This document shows, piece after piece, positions 24,780-34,495 of a stretch of DNA of 38,298 nucleotides. The stretch is from a virus. Lineage: Duplodnaviria > Caudoviricetes. The notes under the pieces are model-generated. The model saw nothing but the letters and a program-made list of their open reading frames with translations. It searched no databases and was not told the DNA's origin. Location of the stretch: the IMG/VR virus record IMGVR_UViG_3300048630_000558, positions 1 to 38,298 of that record. The stretch is one strand, 5' to 3'. Position numbers and translations under genes: made by a program. Numbering within the stretch: position 1 is the stretch's first letter; each line of letters opens with the position of its first letter.

Positions 24780-27700
24780 GGTCGTCTCCGGTGCCCTGAA
24801 GGTGCTCGCCATCGGCGCGTCGATCGCAGCGGCGGCGGTCACCATGGGCGCCTCGCTCGGCATTTCGGCCGCGCTGCTCTCGGGCGTCAGCCTGGTGGCG
24901 GCCACCGGTGCATCGCTGCTCGCCAAGCGTCCCGATGCGCTGCAGTCTTCCACGCAACTCGGCCGGCTCCAGGCGCGGCTCGATACCCAGGCCCCGCGCA
25001 AGATCGTGCTCGGCCGGACGGCGATGCCCGCTGACATCCGGTACTACGAGGGCAGCGGCGAGGACGAGGAGTACGTCGATTACATCCTGGCCGTTGCGGC
25101 CCACCGCGTCGGCTCGATCGATGAAATCTGGTTCGAGGATTCGCTGGCCTGGAAGGCGTCTGGCGGCGTCCAGGGCGAGTACGTCGGCTACCTCACATCG
25201 GTGACGACGCGGCTTGAAGGCACGGCCGCGAACACGATCGCGATCAACGGCGGCGCGCGCTGGGGCAGCGACGATCGTCTGACCGGCTGCGCTTACGTGC
25301 GCCTGCGCGTCAAGCGTTCCGGCAACAGCGACGACGAGCAATCGCCGCTGGTCTCCGGCCTGCCCGGGCGGGTGACGATCGTTGGCGACGGGATGCCGAT
25401 GTACGATCCGCGGTTCGACAGCACCGCGGGCGGGGTGGGGTCGCAGCGCATCGACGACCAGGCCACCTGGGGGCCGACCAGCAGCAACCCGATCATCCAG
25501 GCGCTCAACGTCCTGCTGGGCTGGCGCATCAACGGCAAGCTCTCGGTCGGCGGCGGGCTTCCGCCGAAGTACATCAACCTGGACAGCGTCATCACCGCGG
25601 CGAACATCTGCGACGAGCCGATCGCGCTGGCCGGCGGCGGGACGCAGCCGCGCTACCGCACGGCAGGCGCGTTCTCGACCGACGACGCGCCGATGGCGAT
25701 CGTGGGCGCGCTTCTCGCCGGGTGCGCGGGCGACCTGATCGACAGCGAAGGCCAGCTGACCTTCCTGATCAAGACGAACACGCTGGCGACGCCGGCAGTC
25801 GTGTTCGACGACCACGATGTGCTGAGCGCCGGCACCTGGGATCCGATGGGCGGCGAGACGAACCTGGCCAACGTGATCGCCGGGACGTTCACCGATCCCT
25901 CGCCGAATGCGCTCTATCAACCGGCGCCTTTCCCCTCGGTCTCGCTGGCGAGCGAGGACGGGATCGAGCGCACGGCGCCGCTCGACCTCGGCGTGGTCGA
26001 GAACGCGCCGCAGGCCGAGCGCCTGGCGAAGCAGACGCTGCAGCGGATGCAGTACCCGGGCACCTGGTCGGCCGAATACAACCTAAAGGCGATGGCGGCC
26101 AAGGTCGGCGGCATCGTCTGGCAGACCTACTCGCCGCGCGGATGGGTCAACAAGCCGTTTCGGGTGGTGCGGCAGAAGCCGAGCCGAACCGGGCGGATCG
26201 CGCTCGTCCTGCGTGAAGAGAACGCGGCGATCTACGCGTGGGAGGCCGAGGACACGGCCGCGGTGCAGGCGGCCGAGCCGGTGCGGTTCGACCCGCGCAA
26301 CGCCGGGCCGATCCTGCTGGCGCGCAAGGCGTCGGAGACCGCGAACTGGTCCAGGGTCAAGGACGACGACGGCCATCGGCCGGAAGACGACGCGACCGTG
26401 GGCGCGCCGCCGGGGACGCCGGTGGGCGACCGCCCGGCGGAGCAGGTGACCGGGACGATCGACACGCACGAAGCGCAGATCGCCGCGGCGGAGCTGGCGA
26501 TCGTCGAGCACGAGAACCAGATCAACGAGCTGTTCGACGTCTACGGCGACACTGAAAGCGCCGCGGCGAGCGCGGCGGCAGCGGAAGCGGCGAAGGCCGC
26601 GGCCGAGCAGCACGAGCTGAACGCGCTGGCAGCAGAGCAGAACAGCAAGGATGCGCGCGACGCTGCGCTGGCGGCCGAACAGGGCGCGACCGACCAGGCG
26701 GGGCTCGCGACCAGCGAGCGTCAGGGGGCCGAGGTGGCCCGTGCCGCCACTGAAGGGTTCCGCAACGAAGCGTTCACGGCAATGGAAGGCGCAGAGGATG
26801 CGTCGGCCGTGGCATCGGTGCAGGCAGGGCTGGCGACCGAAGCGCGGAAGAAGTCGAACGCGACCATCGCTGGCACCTTTCCCGAAGTGCTCGACCCGTC
26901 ACTGCTGAACGACCTGATCGCGCCGTCGGGCAGTCCTTACGAAGTCGACAGCATCGAAGACGTGCATCCGTCGTGGATCGACGCGGACCGCAAATCGGTG
27001 ACGCCCGAAGTCGGCTGGAACCAGATTGGCCTCAACGGTCTGTTCCGCTTCGAGGAAGGGAGAACCTACAAGCTCTATGCCGACGTCGAGATTGTGGCCG
27101 ACGGCGGGCAGGCCCAGGTTCGGACAGCGTTCTACGGGCGCACGCTGGGAGAAAACTACGAGAGCACGGGCAACCTCGCGCTGCATGGATCCCATTTTCT
27201 CGATCTCGCGCAAGGTCAGCGCGGAATCTTGGAGGCGGAATATACTCGCGTCGGCGCGCTCGATCCCAGCGTGGTCTGGTGGCGGCCGGGGATCCTCATC
27301 AATCGACTGACTGGATCGGCGGGCGACCTGCCGGGCGCACAGACACGCATTCATTCCCTCTGGGCGAAGGACATCACCGAAAGCACGAGGGCTGAAGGTT
27401 CGGCCCAGGCGTCTCAGGATAGCGCGGTGGTTGCTGCCGCCGAAGCGAGCGATGCCGAGCAGTCGGCGTCTCTGGCGGCGTCGGAGCGGAGCGCTGCCGA
27501 GACGGCGCGCAGCGAAGCGCAAGGTTTCCGCAACGAGACTTTCACCGCGCGCGATGCTGCCGAAGGGTCTGCAGCTTCGGCCGCGGCTTCCGAAGTGATC
27601 GTGTCGGAAACGAAGAACAAGGCCGACACCGCCCTGGCGGCTTCGTTCCCCGAAATCTTCGATCCCGCCCTGCTAGGCGTCGGGGCGAGTTCGCTGCCCT

Positions 27701-29319
27701 GGGATTTCCCGTCGTTCGAGCGGGATTTTCCCTCTTGGATCGCGCCCGACAGGCTATCTGCAACCATTCCCACGGGAAGATACACCGCCGACACGCGCGG
27801 CATGTTCCCCTGCATCGTGGGCCGGGTCTACGAACTCGTCGCTGACGTGGAGATTGTCTCCGAGGGCGGGGAGTCGGGGGTCTACTGTGGCTTTTACGGC
27901 CGCACGTTCAACGAAGATTTCGAATATCAGAACGCGCAGGGATGGAACAACTTCCCCGGCGGCAGCGCGACTGTGCCGGAGGGCGGGCGGCAGACGCTCA
28001 CCACCACGCTGAACGTAACGTCAGGATACGCGGCATATTCATGGTTCCGCCTGACGCTGCTGGTCAACCGGATGCCCGGTTCCACGACCGGGAATCCCGG
28101 CGCCCAAACCAAGCTGCACGCGCTCTACATCAGGGACATTACGGAGAGCACAGACGCCGCAGCGTCTGCGACTGCCGCCGCGTCCAGCGCGTCGACCGCC
28201 ACGACCAAGGCCAGCGAAGCCGAGGGATATTCCGCTACGGCGACGACCCAGGCCGGGATCGCCGTCGACGCCAAGAATGACGCCGAGGCGGCCGCGGGCG
28301 TCTCGACGTCCGAAGCCGCGGTTGCCACTGCCGCCGCATCCGCCGCCCAGCACAGCATGTCGGTGGCCGCCAGCATCGGCCAAGGCTTCCTCGACCCGAA
28401 CGCCGGCTTCGACGACTATCCCGGCTCGGCAGTCGGTAGCCTGCCCGTGGGATGGACGAGCTGGTATGGCGGATCGCAGATGTATCGCGTGGACGACCCG
28501 CAGGGCGGCTATGCGCTGCGGCAACCGGCTGGGCCCGGCGACCAGCGCGGCGTTGGGTCGGCCGTCAAATCCCCTGCTGGCACGATCAAGCCGGGGGACT
28601 GGTTCGTTCTCGAAGGCGACCTTTTGCTGAACAGCGGCACGCTCTCCGGCGTCGCCGTCTACATGCCGATCTACGATGCCGCCGGCGCTGTCGTCAGCAC
28701 AACGGTTCGCGGCAAGTTTCTCGACACGTTCGGCAGCGGCATGCCGGGCAACGTCTATCGCCTCCGGCAATTGGTGCAGATCCCGGCGTCGTGGACTGCC
28801 GCCTCGCGGCACTACATCGCGGCAATGGGGCACTGGCCCGGCGGGGGCGACATCTCCGCTGCCAACGACGTCACCTGGTTCAAGTGCGGCGTCCGGCCGG
28901 CGACCGAGGCCGAGATTGCGACGGCCACTACGTTGCCGGCCGTGGAGGCGAGCGTGTCGACCAATGCCTCGGCCATCGCGGATCTCGACAGCGCCATGGC
29001 ATCGCTCGAAAGCGAGGTCAGCGCCCAGGGCGTGACCGTAAGCGAGCACTCGACTGCGATCAGCGCGGTCGAGGGCGACGTCGCCGCGATCGCTGGCCGG
29101 TGGGGCGTCGTGATCGACGTCAACGGCAACATCGTCGGGCGGGTGCAACTGGATGGCACCGCGGAGACGAGCGAGTTTTCGGTCGCGGCCGATTCCTTCA
29201 AGGTGACCAAGCCGGGCGGCGGGGCCGGCATGACGTGGGACGTCGATTCGAACGGCCGCCCGACGCTGCTGGTCGATGACGGCGCTGGCAGCACGGTCGA
29301 GATCGGGTGGCTGTCGTGA
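24772..29319 (+). CDS. Tail tip / host-specificity protein (J-like) with repeated carbohydrate-binding-like domains
   Basis: APRKIVLGR, GMPMYDPR, SSNP, N-terminal tail-tip region, Ala-rich linkers, C-terminal WGVVIDVNGNIVG...FSVAADSF (DUF1983-like). Confidence 0.9.
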   Translation: MGKVVSGALKVLAIGASIAAAAVTMGASLGISAALLSGVSLVAATGASLLAKRPDALQSSTQLGRLQARLDTQAPRKIVLGRTAMPADIRYYEGSGEDEEYVDYILAVAAHRVGSIDEIWFEDSLAWKASGGVQGEYVGYLTSVTTRLEGTAANTIAINGGARWGSDDRLTGCAYVRLRVKRSGNSDDEQSPLVSGLPGRVTIVGDGMPMYDPRFDSTAGGVGSQRIDDQATWGPTSSNPIIQALNVLLGWRINGKLSVGGGLPPKYINLDSVITAANICDEPIALAGGGTQPRYRTAGAFSTDDAPMAIVGALLAGCAGDLIDSEGQLTFLIKTNTLATPAVVFDDHDVLSAGTWDPMGGETNLANVIAGTFTDPSPNALYQPAPFPSVSLASEDGIERTAPLDLGVVENAPQAERLAKQTLQRMQYPGTWSAEYNLKAMAAKVGGIVWQTYSPRGWVNKPFRVVRQKPSRTGRIALVLREENAAIYAWEAEDTAAVQAAEPVRFDPRNAGPILLARKASETANWSRVKDDDGHRPEDDATVGAPPGTPVGDRPAEQVTGTIDTHEAQIAAAELAIVEHENQINELFDVYGDTESAAASAAAAEAAKAAAEQHELNALAAEQNSKDARDAALAAEQGATDQAGLATSERQGAEVARAATEGFRNEAFTAMEGAEDASAVASVQAGLATEARKKSNATIAGTFPEVLDPSLLNDLIAPSGSPYEVDSIEDVHPSWIDADRKSVTPEVGWNQIGLNGLFRFEEGRTYKLYADVEIVADGGQAQVRTAFYGRTLGENYESTGNLALHGSHFLDLAQGQRGILEAEYTRVGALDPSVVWWRPGILINRLTGSAGDLPGAQTRIHSLWAKDITESTRAEGSAQASQDSAVVAAAEASDAEQSASLAASERSAAETARSEAQGFRNETFTARDAAEGSAASAAASEVIVSETKNKADTALAASFPEIFDPALLGVGASSLPWDFPSFERDFPSWIAPDRLSATIPTGRYTADTRGMFPCIVGRVYELVADVEIVSEGGESGVYCGFYGRTFNEDFEYQNAQGWNNFPGGSATVPEGGRQTLTTTLNVTSGYAAYSWFRLTLLVNRMPGSTTGNPGAQTKLHALYIRDITESTDAAASATAAASSASTATTKASEAEGYSATATTQAGIAVDAKNDAEAAAGVSTSEAAVATAAASAAQHSMSVAASIGQGFLDPNAGFDDYPGSAVGSLPVGWTSWYGGSQMYRVDDPQGGYALRQPAGPGDQRGVGSAVKSPAGTIKPGDWFVLEGDLLLNSGTLSGVAVYMPIYDAAGAVVSTTVRGKFLDTFGSGMPGNVYRLRQLVQIPASWTAASRHYIAAMGHWPGGGDISAANDVTWFKCGVRPATEAEIATATTLPAVEASVSTNASAIADLDSAMASLESEVSAQGVTVSEHSTAISAVEGDVAAIAGRWGVVIDVNGNIVGRVQLDGTAETSEFSVAADSFKVTKPGGGAGMTWDVDSNGRPTLLVDDGAGSTVEIGWLS

Positions 29320-29606
29320 GCGGGTGGGGTCTTCGCATAAGGCGGCCGGGCCTGTCCGATTTCGACAGCGCCACGATCGTGGGCCGCATCCTGGGACGGA
29401 TCACGGTGTCGGACGATGGCTCGCTGAGCAACTCGGCGTTCGCCAGCGGGGAGCCTCGGGCGATGGTTTCTGGCGGGGTCAGCCAGTTCAATGCGACGCC
29501 GCCGCCCGAAGTCACCTTTTCGGGCAACACGATGTCCTGGACCTACCCGACGCCCGCGCCGGGGACCGAACGGCCGACGGTCACGATCATCTACTGGGTG
29601 CAGTGA
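29316..29606 (+). CDS. Small tail-associated protein
   Basis: SGWGLRI...FDS N-terminus, typical of genes after J; GTGA overlap. Confidence 0.65.
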   Translation: MSGWGLRIRRPGLSDFDSATIVGRILGRITVSDDGSLSNSAFASGEPRAMVSGGVSQFNATPPPEVTFSGNTMSWTYPTPAPGTERPTVTIIYWVQ

Positions 29607-30331
29607 TGGCCGGCTGGGGGTTCCGATCGCGCAACTCGGCGACCGGCTCGATCCAGATCGACGGCGAGAACCCGAACATCGCCCTGCTCGGCAAAGGCAC
29701 GATCACCACCGGCCCGGTCGAGCCGTCGAGCGGTGTCCACAGCGTCGGCTCAATCTCGGTCGCCGGCGAGCCGGGGCAGGTGCCGCTCATCGCCGTTCGC
29801 TGCAACGCCGCGGTCGCCCTGGCGAGCAGCAGCTACGACGGCGGCAGCGGGCAGTGGACGTTCCAGGTCGTCGCCAAGGGCGCCGCGCGAAGCGTGGCCT
29901 GGTACGCGTTCGGCGAGCCGGCCGCGATTGCCGCCCCTGGTTGGGGCGTGCGGATCAAGAAGGCCGGCACGGTGATCTGGGATACCCGCGACAAGCCCGC
30001 CGTCGTGGTGGGCGAGCTCCACGGCATCCGGGGGGCGACCTACCCCTCCACGAGCTTGCCGGCCGGGAAGACCTACGCCCTGCTGATGGCCATGACGGCC
30101 GAGAGCAAGACACAGAGCGTCACCAACACCGGTTTCAACAGCTATCGGATCGAGAACATGCACGATCGGATGGGCTGGTCGCTCAACGGCGCGTCGGTCG
30201 CGTCGGAGAACATCCGAACCCTCTACACCAGCGGCGATTACAGCGTGCCGCCGGCGCCGCCGCCGCCCGGATCGTGGCACATCGAGAGCAAGCGATATCA
30301 CTGCCTGTTCCTGGACGTGACGGGCTTCTGA
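29606..30331 (+). CDS. Tail-associated protein
   Basis: GWGFRSRN...IQIDGEN, WYAFG...GWGVRI...WDT pattern. Confidence 0.7.
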   Translation: MAGWGFRSRNSATGSIQIDGENPNIALLGKGTITTGPVEPSSGVHSVGSISVAGEPGQVPLIAVRCNAAVALASSSYDGGSGQWTFQVVAKGAARSVAWYAFGEPAAIAAPGWGVRIKKAGTVIWDTRDKPAVVVGELHGIRGATYPSTSLPAGKTYALLMAMTAESKTQSVTNTGFNSYRIENMHDRMGWSLNGASVASENIRTLYTSGDYSVPPAPPPPGSWHIESKRYHCLFLDVTGF

Positions 30332-30345
30332 GCAAGGAAACGACG

Positions 30346-30696
30346 ATGACCGAACAGACGGTGGAGCCGCTGAATGAAGAGGAGCGGGCCCAGCTCGCCT
30401 GGCTGCAATACCGGCAGGCGATGGCGGACTGGCAGACCGGCGAGGACGCACGACTGGCCGAGCTGGCAACGCTCGCGCCGGTGGTTGCCGCGCTGGGCGA
30501 TCTCTCCTCGATCGGCGCGCTGGTGGAAAGCCTCGAAACCGCGATCGACGACCTCGCCGATGACAGCGCGACGCGCCTCTCGCGGATCGTGCGTATTCTG
30601 CGGGTCGATGGGCTCAGGCTCGCCAGTCGGCATGCGCAGCTGCAGCAACCTGCCCCCCAGCCCGAACCGCCGAGCGTGCCGGAACCGGCCGAATAG
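30346..30696 (+). CDS. Hypothetical protein (116 aa)
   Basis: RBS AAGGA; helical acidic protein before the lysis cassette. Confidence 0.65.
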   Translation: MTEQTVEPLNEEERAQLAWLQYRQAMADWQTGEDARLAELATLAPVVAALGDLSSIGALVESLETAIDDLADDSATRLSRIVRILRVDGLRLASRHAQLQQPAPQPEPPSVPEPAE

Positions 30697-30757
30697 GGCG
30701 ACCGAAGCGAAAACCAAATCGAAGGCATCGGCGACCCGCCGATCGAGGAGACGCGCC

Positions 30758-31219
30758 ATGAATCCCCACGAAGCGCTGAGCGCCAATTTCACCCTGGGCG
30801 AGATGATCCGGTCCCAATCGGCGGTGCGGAAGGGCATTCGCAACGTGCCGGGCCCGGCGGAGATCGTCGCGCTGCGGCTGCTGTGCCAGAAGGTGCTGCA
30901 GCCTGTTCGCGACCACTACGATCGGCCAGTGGTCGTCACCAGCGGCTATCGCTCGCCGCGGCTGAACACGGCGATCGGCGGGAGCCGGAGCAGCCAGCAC
31001 TGCAAGGGCGAGGCGGCCGACTTCACGGTGCCCGGCGTCAGCAACATCGAAGTGTGCCGCTGGATCGAGCGGAACCTGAATTACGACCAGCTGATCTACG
31101 AATTCGGCGAGAGCGGCTGGATCCACGTCAGCTACTCCGCGCACCGGATGCGCAACATGGAACTGAGCGCGAAACGCATCGGCGGTCGCACCCGCTACCT
31201 GCCCGGCCTTCGGACCTGA
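30758..31219 (+). CDS. Endolysin, peptidase M15A family
   Basis: LSANFTLGE, TSGYRS, SQHCKGEAAD, WIHVS; RBS GAGGAG. Confidence 0.93.
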   Translation: MNPHEALSANFTLGEMIRSQSAVRKGIRNVPGPAEIVALRLLCQKVLQPVRDHYDRPVVVTSGYRSPRLNTAIGGSRSSQHCKGEAADFTVPGVSNIEVCRWIERNLNYDQLIYEFGESGWIHVSYSAHRMRNMELSAKRIGGRTRYLPGLRT

Positions 31220-31229
31220 GGAAACACGC

Positions 31230-31592
31230 ATGGAAAACTTCAACTGGTCCGACTGGCTGACCTCGGCCGGTTACACGCTGCTGGCCGCGCTGGGCGGACT
31301 GCTCGGCTACATCATGCGCGAGCACGACAAGGGCAATCCGCTGAACGGCTGGCGTATGGCGGCCGAGACGGCCGGCTCCGGCTTTGTCGGCTTCCTCGTC
31401 ATGCTGCTGTGTTTCGCGATGGGCTTCGACCCGCTGTGGAGCGGGTTCATCGTCGGCGTCTTCGGCTGGCTGGGCGCGAACGTCTCGATCCGCCTGCTTG
31501 AACGGTTCGTCTACGAAAAGCTCGGGATCAAGCTGCGGGAGAACACCGACAAGCGTGTCGAGGCCGCCAAGGCCCGGGAGACAGACCTATGA
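31230..31592 (+). CDS. Holin (LydA-like)
   Basis: Three hydrophobic segments, GVFGWLGA, basic C-terminus; follows the endolysin. Confidence 0.88.
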   Translation: MENFNWSDWLTSAGYTLLAALGGLLGYIMREHDKGNPLNGWRMAAETAGSGFVGFLVMLLCFAMGFDPLWSGFIVGVFGWLGANVSIRLLERFVYEKLGIKLRENTDKRVEAAKARETDL

Positions 31593-31978
31593 CCAGGATC
31601 TTCAATGCACTCGCGCCGTTCCGCTCGCACATTATCGCGATGGTCGGCGTTCTCGCCGTCTGCGGCATCGGCGCCGCGATCATCGCCTGGCAGCACATCC
31701 AGGCGCAGAACCGCACGATCGAGGCGAAAGACGCGCGTATCGGCGATCTCGTTTCGGTCAACGACCGATGGGCCGCCTGGGCCGCGCAGCAGCAGCGCCT
31801 GCGCGACCTGGAGCAGCGCAACACCCGCCTGCTGCAGGATCAGCTCGCCGCGATCGAGCAGGCCTCTGCCGCGCAATCCGAACAACTGAGGGAACTGGAG
31901 GCGTCCAATGCCGAAGTCAAAGAGCTGCTGGGCCGCAAGCTGCCTGCTGATCTTAGGCGCGTGCTCGAAGGTCGGTGA
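31589..31978 (+). CDS. i-spanin (Rz-like)
   Basis: N-terminal TM helix, coiled coil, C-terminal LPADLRRVL. Confidence 0.85.
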   Translation: MTRIFNALAPFRSHIIAMVGVLAVCGIGAAIIAWQHIQAQNRTIEAKDARIGDLVSVNDRWAAWAAQQQRLRDLEQRNTRLLQDQLAAIEQASAAQSEQLRELEASNAEVKELLGRKLPADLRRVLEGR

Positions 31979-32186
31979 TGTCGAGTCCGCGCCGCGGGAG
32001 GCCTACCGGGGCATCCCGGCGGGGCTGATGGCGCCCTGTGTGGTGGTCGATATCGCGCTCGATACGGTCGGCGATCTCGTTGCGAGCCGCGAGCTGTACA
32101 AGGCAGGGTTCGAGGCCTGTGCGGCGAAGGTCGACGCGATCCGGGAGCATGATGCGGAGGCGCGGGCGGCGGTGGCGGATGACTGA
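31908..32186 (+). CDS. o-spanin lipoprotein (Rz1-like), overlapping the i-spanin gene
   Basis: Lipobox LILGAC, IPAGLMAPC, ACAAKVDAI. Confidence 0.85.
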   Translation: MPKSKSCWAASCLLILGACSKVGDVESAPREAYRGIPAGLMAPCVVVDIALDTVGDLVASRELYKAGFEACAAKVDAIREHDAEARAAVADD

Positions 32187-32258
32187 GATTCTCGCCTCGC
32201 CCCGGACCTAATCCCTGTTCCGGGCTTGCCTCGTTCAACCCAGAGAAAGGGTCGGGTG

Positions 32259-32387
32259 ATGGACCAGCGAGGTAGCAACTCCGACGAGGACGCGGGTTGG
32301 TTCCGCGGAGAGTTCGCGTTGATCGGCCTACTGGTGATCTCGCTCAGCGCGCTTGCGCTGATCGGCCTGCTCGCGAAGGCCGGCTAG
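32259..32387 (+). CDS. Small single-TM peptide (42 aa)
   Basis: Own translation MDQRGSNSDEDAGWFRGEFALIGLLVISLSALALIGLLAKAG*. Confidence 0.5.
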   Translation: MDQRGSNSDEDAGWFRGEFALIGLLVISLSALALIGLLAKAG

Positions 32388-32912
32388 GGGCCGTGGACAT
32401 AGGGGCGTTGCAGCTGGTTCGAGGTATTGTACTCCCCGATCATCGCGATCCCGTCGTAGCCGAACCGCGTGGTCGCGCCGCCTGGGGTCAGATCGTCCAC
32501 CTGCCACAGCCGACCGAGCGGATCGTAGACCATGCTCGCCACGCCCGTGAGCCCGGTGAGCAGGTTCTCGCTGGTATAAGCGAACGTATCGGTCCCCGAG
32601 TTGGTCAGGTTGCTGCGTGTATCGTAGGACAGTGTAACGCCGCCTGCGCTGGTCAACTGGTTGCGGCCGTTGACCGTGTAGGTCCGGTCGACATTGTAGA
32701 GCCCGTCGAACGCATAGGCATCGTTCGACTGTGTGGTCTGCGTCAGCTACCCCGCGGGGTTGTAGGTAAAGCCGCGAGTGTTGTCGGCCGATGTCCCGGC
32801 CGTTCGCCGCAATCGACGACAGCCGCCCCACAGGATCGAACGCCACCGCCTGGCTTGCGCCGTTGGCGAACGTCACCCCGGTCGGCTCGCCTTGCGCGTT
32901 GTAGCCGCAATC
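32388..32912 (-). pseudogene. Frameshifted internal fragment of an RHS/YD-repeat gene
   Basis: Across frames: GYNAQGE...FDPVGRL / FTYNPAG / SNDAYAF...YTVNGRNQLTSAG...SYDTRSNLT...YDPLGRL...YVHGP; two apparent frameshifts; no start, and it stops before the RHS core end. Confidence 0.85.
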
Positions 32913-32918
32913 CCGATA

Positions 32919-33263
32919 TCATTCTTGATTCCGAGAAAATGTATAGTAAAGCGCATACGCGCTGGAAATAAGAAATGCAATTAATGATGCAATAGTCATT
33001 ACTAATGAAATTATAGACGTTGGCTTATCAATATTTAATGATATTAGGGATATATTTAATGATGCGGATGATATTGCGACAAGTATGAATATCCTTCTCA
33101 ATGCCATTGGTATCAGCCTGCCTGATAGGAAAAAAATTGCGGCACAGAAGGGGAGAATCGTGATATAGGCATATCCTGGTGTAATGCGCTCAACCTGTAC
33201 GCCAGCAACCATTAATAGGAGAACAGACGCCCAAAGAGTTAATATTCGTTTTACGAGATACAA
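32919..33263 (-). CDS. AT-rich multi-TM protein, putative RHS immunity protein
   Basis: About four hydrophobic segments; visibly low GC; starts (TTG) 4 nt after the stop of the toxin-like fragment. Confidence 0.55.
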   Translation of the reverse strand: MYLVKRILTLWASVLLLMVAGVQVERITPGYAYITILPFCAAIFFLSGRLIPMALRRIFILVAISSASLNISLISLNIDKPTSIISLVMTIASLIAFLISSAYALYYTFSRNQE

Positions 33264-33266
33264 AGG

Positions 33267-33579
33267 TCAGCACCCTTCCTTTGGATCAAATACGGTGTCA
33301 TCTCCATACACTTGGCTGAACAATTCGTCCAAAAGTGTGTCGACGACATTTTGCTCGTTCTTATTTAGAAAGTCCCCTGAACGAAGGGCCTTTGGCCCAT
33401 TTATCATTCCTCTTATTGCCCTTCCTCCAAAAATACCGGCAAGTGCTCGACCAACCGTCAATGGTGTGCCGACCCCGTTAGCATGATCCTGAGCTGCTTG
33501 ACCGGCCGTGCCAGCAGCACCTCCAATACCAGAGATCACAAGCCCAGGGACTGCACCAGCTAGAGCGCCCGGCGCCCCC
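33267..33579 (-). pseudogene. 5'-truncated putative RHS C-terminal toxin segment
   Basis: Gly/Ala-rich hydrophobic stretch (GALAGAVPGLVISGIGGAAG) then a low-GC variable tail; no start of its own outside the SRAP gene. Confidence 0.5.
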
Positions 33580-34185
33580 CTAGGCCCGGCTCCGCTTCCA
33601 ACTCTCGCTTGTGCGCTCGATCTCGACGGCGCCTGAATAGGGCTGGCATAACTGCCGCGCCTCTCTGACCGAGCCGTGTTGCCACACACCCTGATCCTCG
33701 GCGCGCAGGATCACCGGCATCCGATTATGAACATCGGCGGCCTCGCCGCCAGCATCGGTCATGACCATCGAATAGCAGTCGCCCCATTCCTCGCCCGTGC
33801 GCCATATCCCGGCGACGGCGAAGACCGGCTGGTCGGGCAGGCTCATCCAGGTCCGGGTCATGGCGCCCCTGGGCCCTTCCGCTTCGGCCCAGGCGGTCAG
33901 CGGAATCAGGCAGCGCCGCTCCTGGAAGCTGTAGCGCCACATGAAACTGTCGAGCTTGTCGGTGCGCGCATTGTTCACCGGCTTGGGCTTAAGCGGCTGA
34001 CCGGTCTTCTTGCTCTTGAGCACCAGCGGAAAGCCCCAGACCATCGAACGCAGCCGGCCCTCGGCCACCACCAGCCCAGGGTAACCGGGATAGACTTCCT
34101 CGGCCGCGTTGCCGGCAGAGTTTTCGACGTCGAAGAGCCGGGCGATCTCGTCGTTCGAGCTCTTGATCCGGTAGAGATTGCACAT
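33580..34185 (-). CDS. SOS response-associated peptidase (SRAP/YedK/HMCES family)
   Basis: N-terminal MCNLY (catalytic Cys2), WGFP, NNAR, RCLIP...E, HNRMPVIL. Confidence 0.95.
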   Translation of the reverse strand: MCNLYRIKSSNDEIARLFDVENSAGNAAEEVYPGYPGLVVAEGRLRSMVWGFPLVLKSKKTGQPLKPKPVNNARTDKLDSFMWRYSFQERRCLIPLTAWAEAEGPRGAMTRTWMSLPDQPVFAVAGIWRTGEEWGDCYSMVMTDAGGEAADVHNRMPVILRAEDQGVWQHGSVREARQLCQPYSGAVEIERTSESWKRSRA

Positions 34186-34217
34186 GGAGCCAGCTTATCG
34201 CGATCGCCGGCTCAGCG

Positions 34218-34445
34218 CTACGGGTGCCGCACGACGTCGGCGTTCGTCGGCCGCTCGCCGCAGATCTCGCAGCGCAGTCGGGCGATCAGCTCGTAGAATT
34301 TCAACGTGCCGGGCAGGCGGTGGAAGCGCGTGAACTCGCCCACCGGATAGGTTGCGCGCCGGCCGCACCGGCAGCGGATGCGCAGGAACGCATGCGGCTG
34401 GAACGCGATCGGATCGATCGGCTTGGGGCTGGAGTAGTCGGCCAT
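34218..34445 (-). CDS. Small zinc-ribbon-like protein
   Basis: IRCRCGR...RLRCEICGER; upstream of SRAP, behind a LexA box. Confidence 0.7.
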   Translation of the reverse strand: MADYSSPKPIDPIAFQPHAFLRIRCRCGRRATYPVGEFTRFHRLPGTLKFYELIARLRCEICGERPTNADVVRHP

Positions 34446-34470
34446 ATCGCACTGTCGGGCTTGCGGTTTT

Positions 34471-34485
34471 GTTCCGCCTCTGTTC
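34471..34485. promoter_or_regulatory. Consensus alphaproteobacterial LexA (SOS) box
   Basis: GTTC-CGCCTCT-GTTC between divergent starts at 34445 (-) and 34496 (+), upstream of SRAP. Confidence 0.85.
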
Positions 34486-34495
34486 TCATTGGCGC

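Noticed and set aside
10724-29319. Gene transfer agent cluster
   Set aside because: Immunity switch, att site, excisionase, integrase, HNH/cos-type packaging, long tape measure and linked lysis genes indicate a prophage, not an RcGTA-like cluster
24772-30331. Diversity-generating retroelement or tail-fibre shufflon
   Set aside because: No reverse transcriptase, no TR/VR pair differing at adenines, and no inverted fibre cassettes seen; the internal repeats are old protein-level duplications
32384-33583. IS5-family element, suggested by the CTAG duplication
   Set aside because: No transposase, and terminal inverted identity is only about 3 bp beyond CTAG; the left end sequence is RHS coding (YVHGP)
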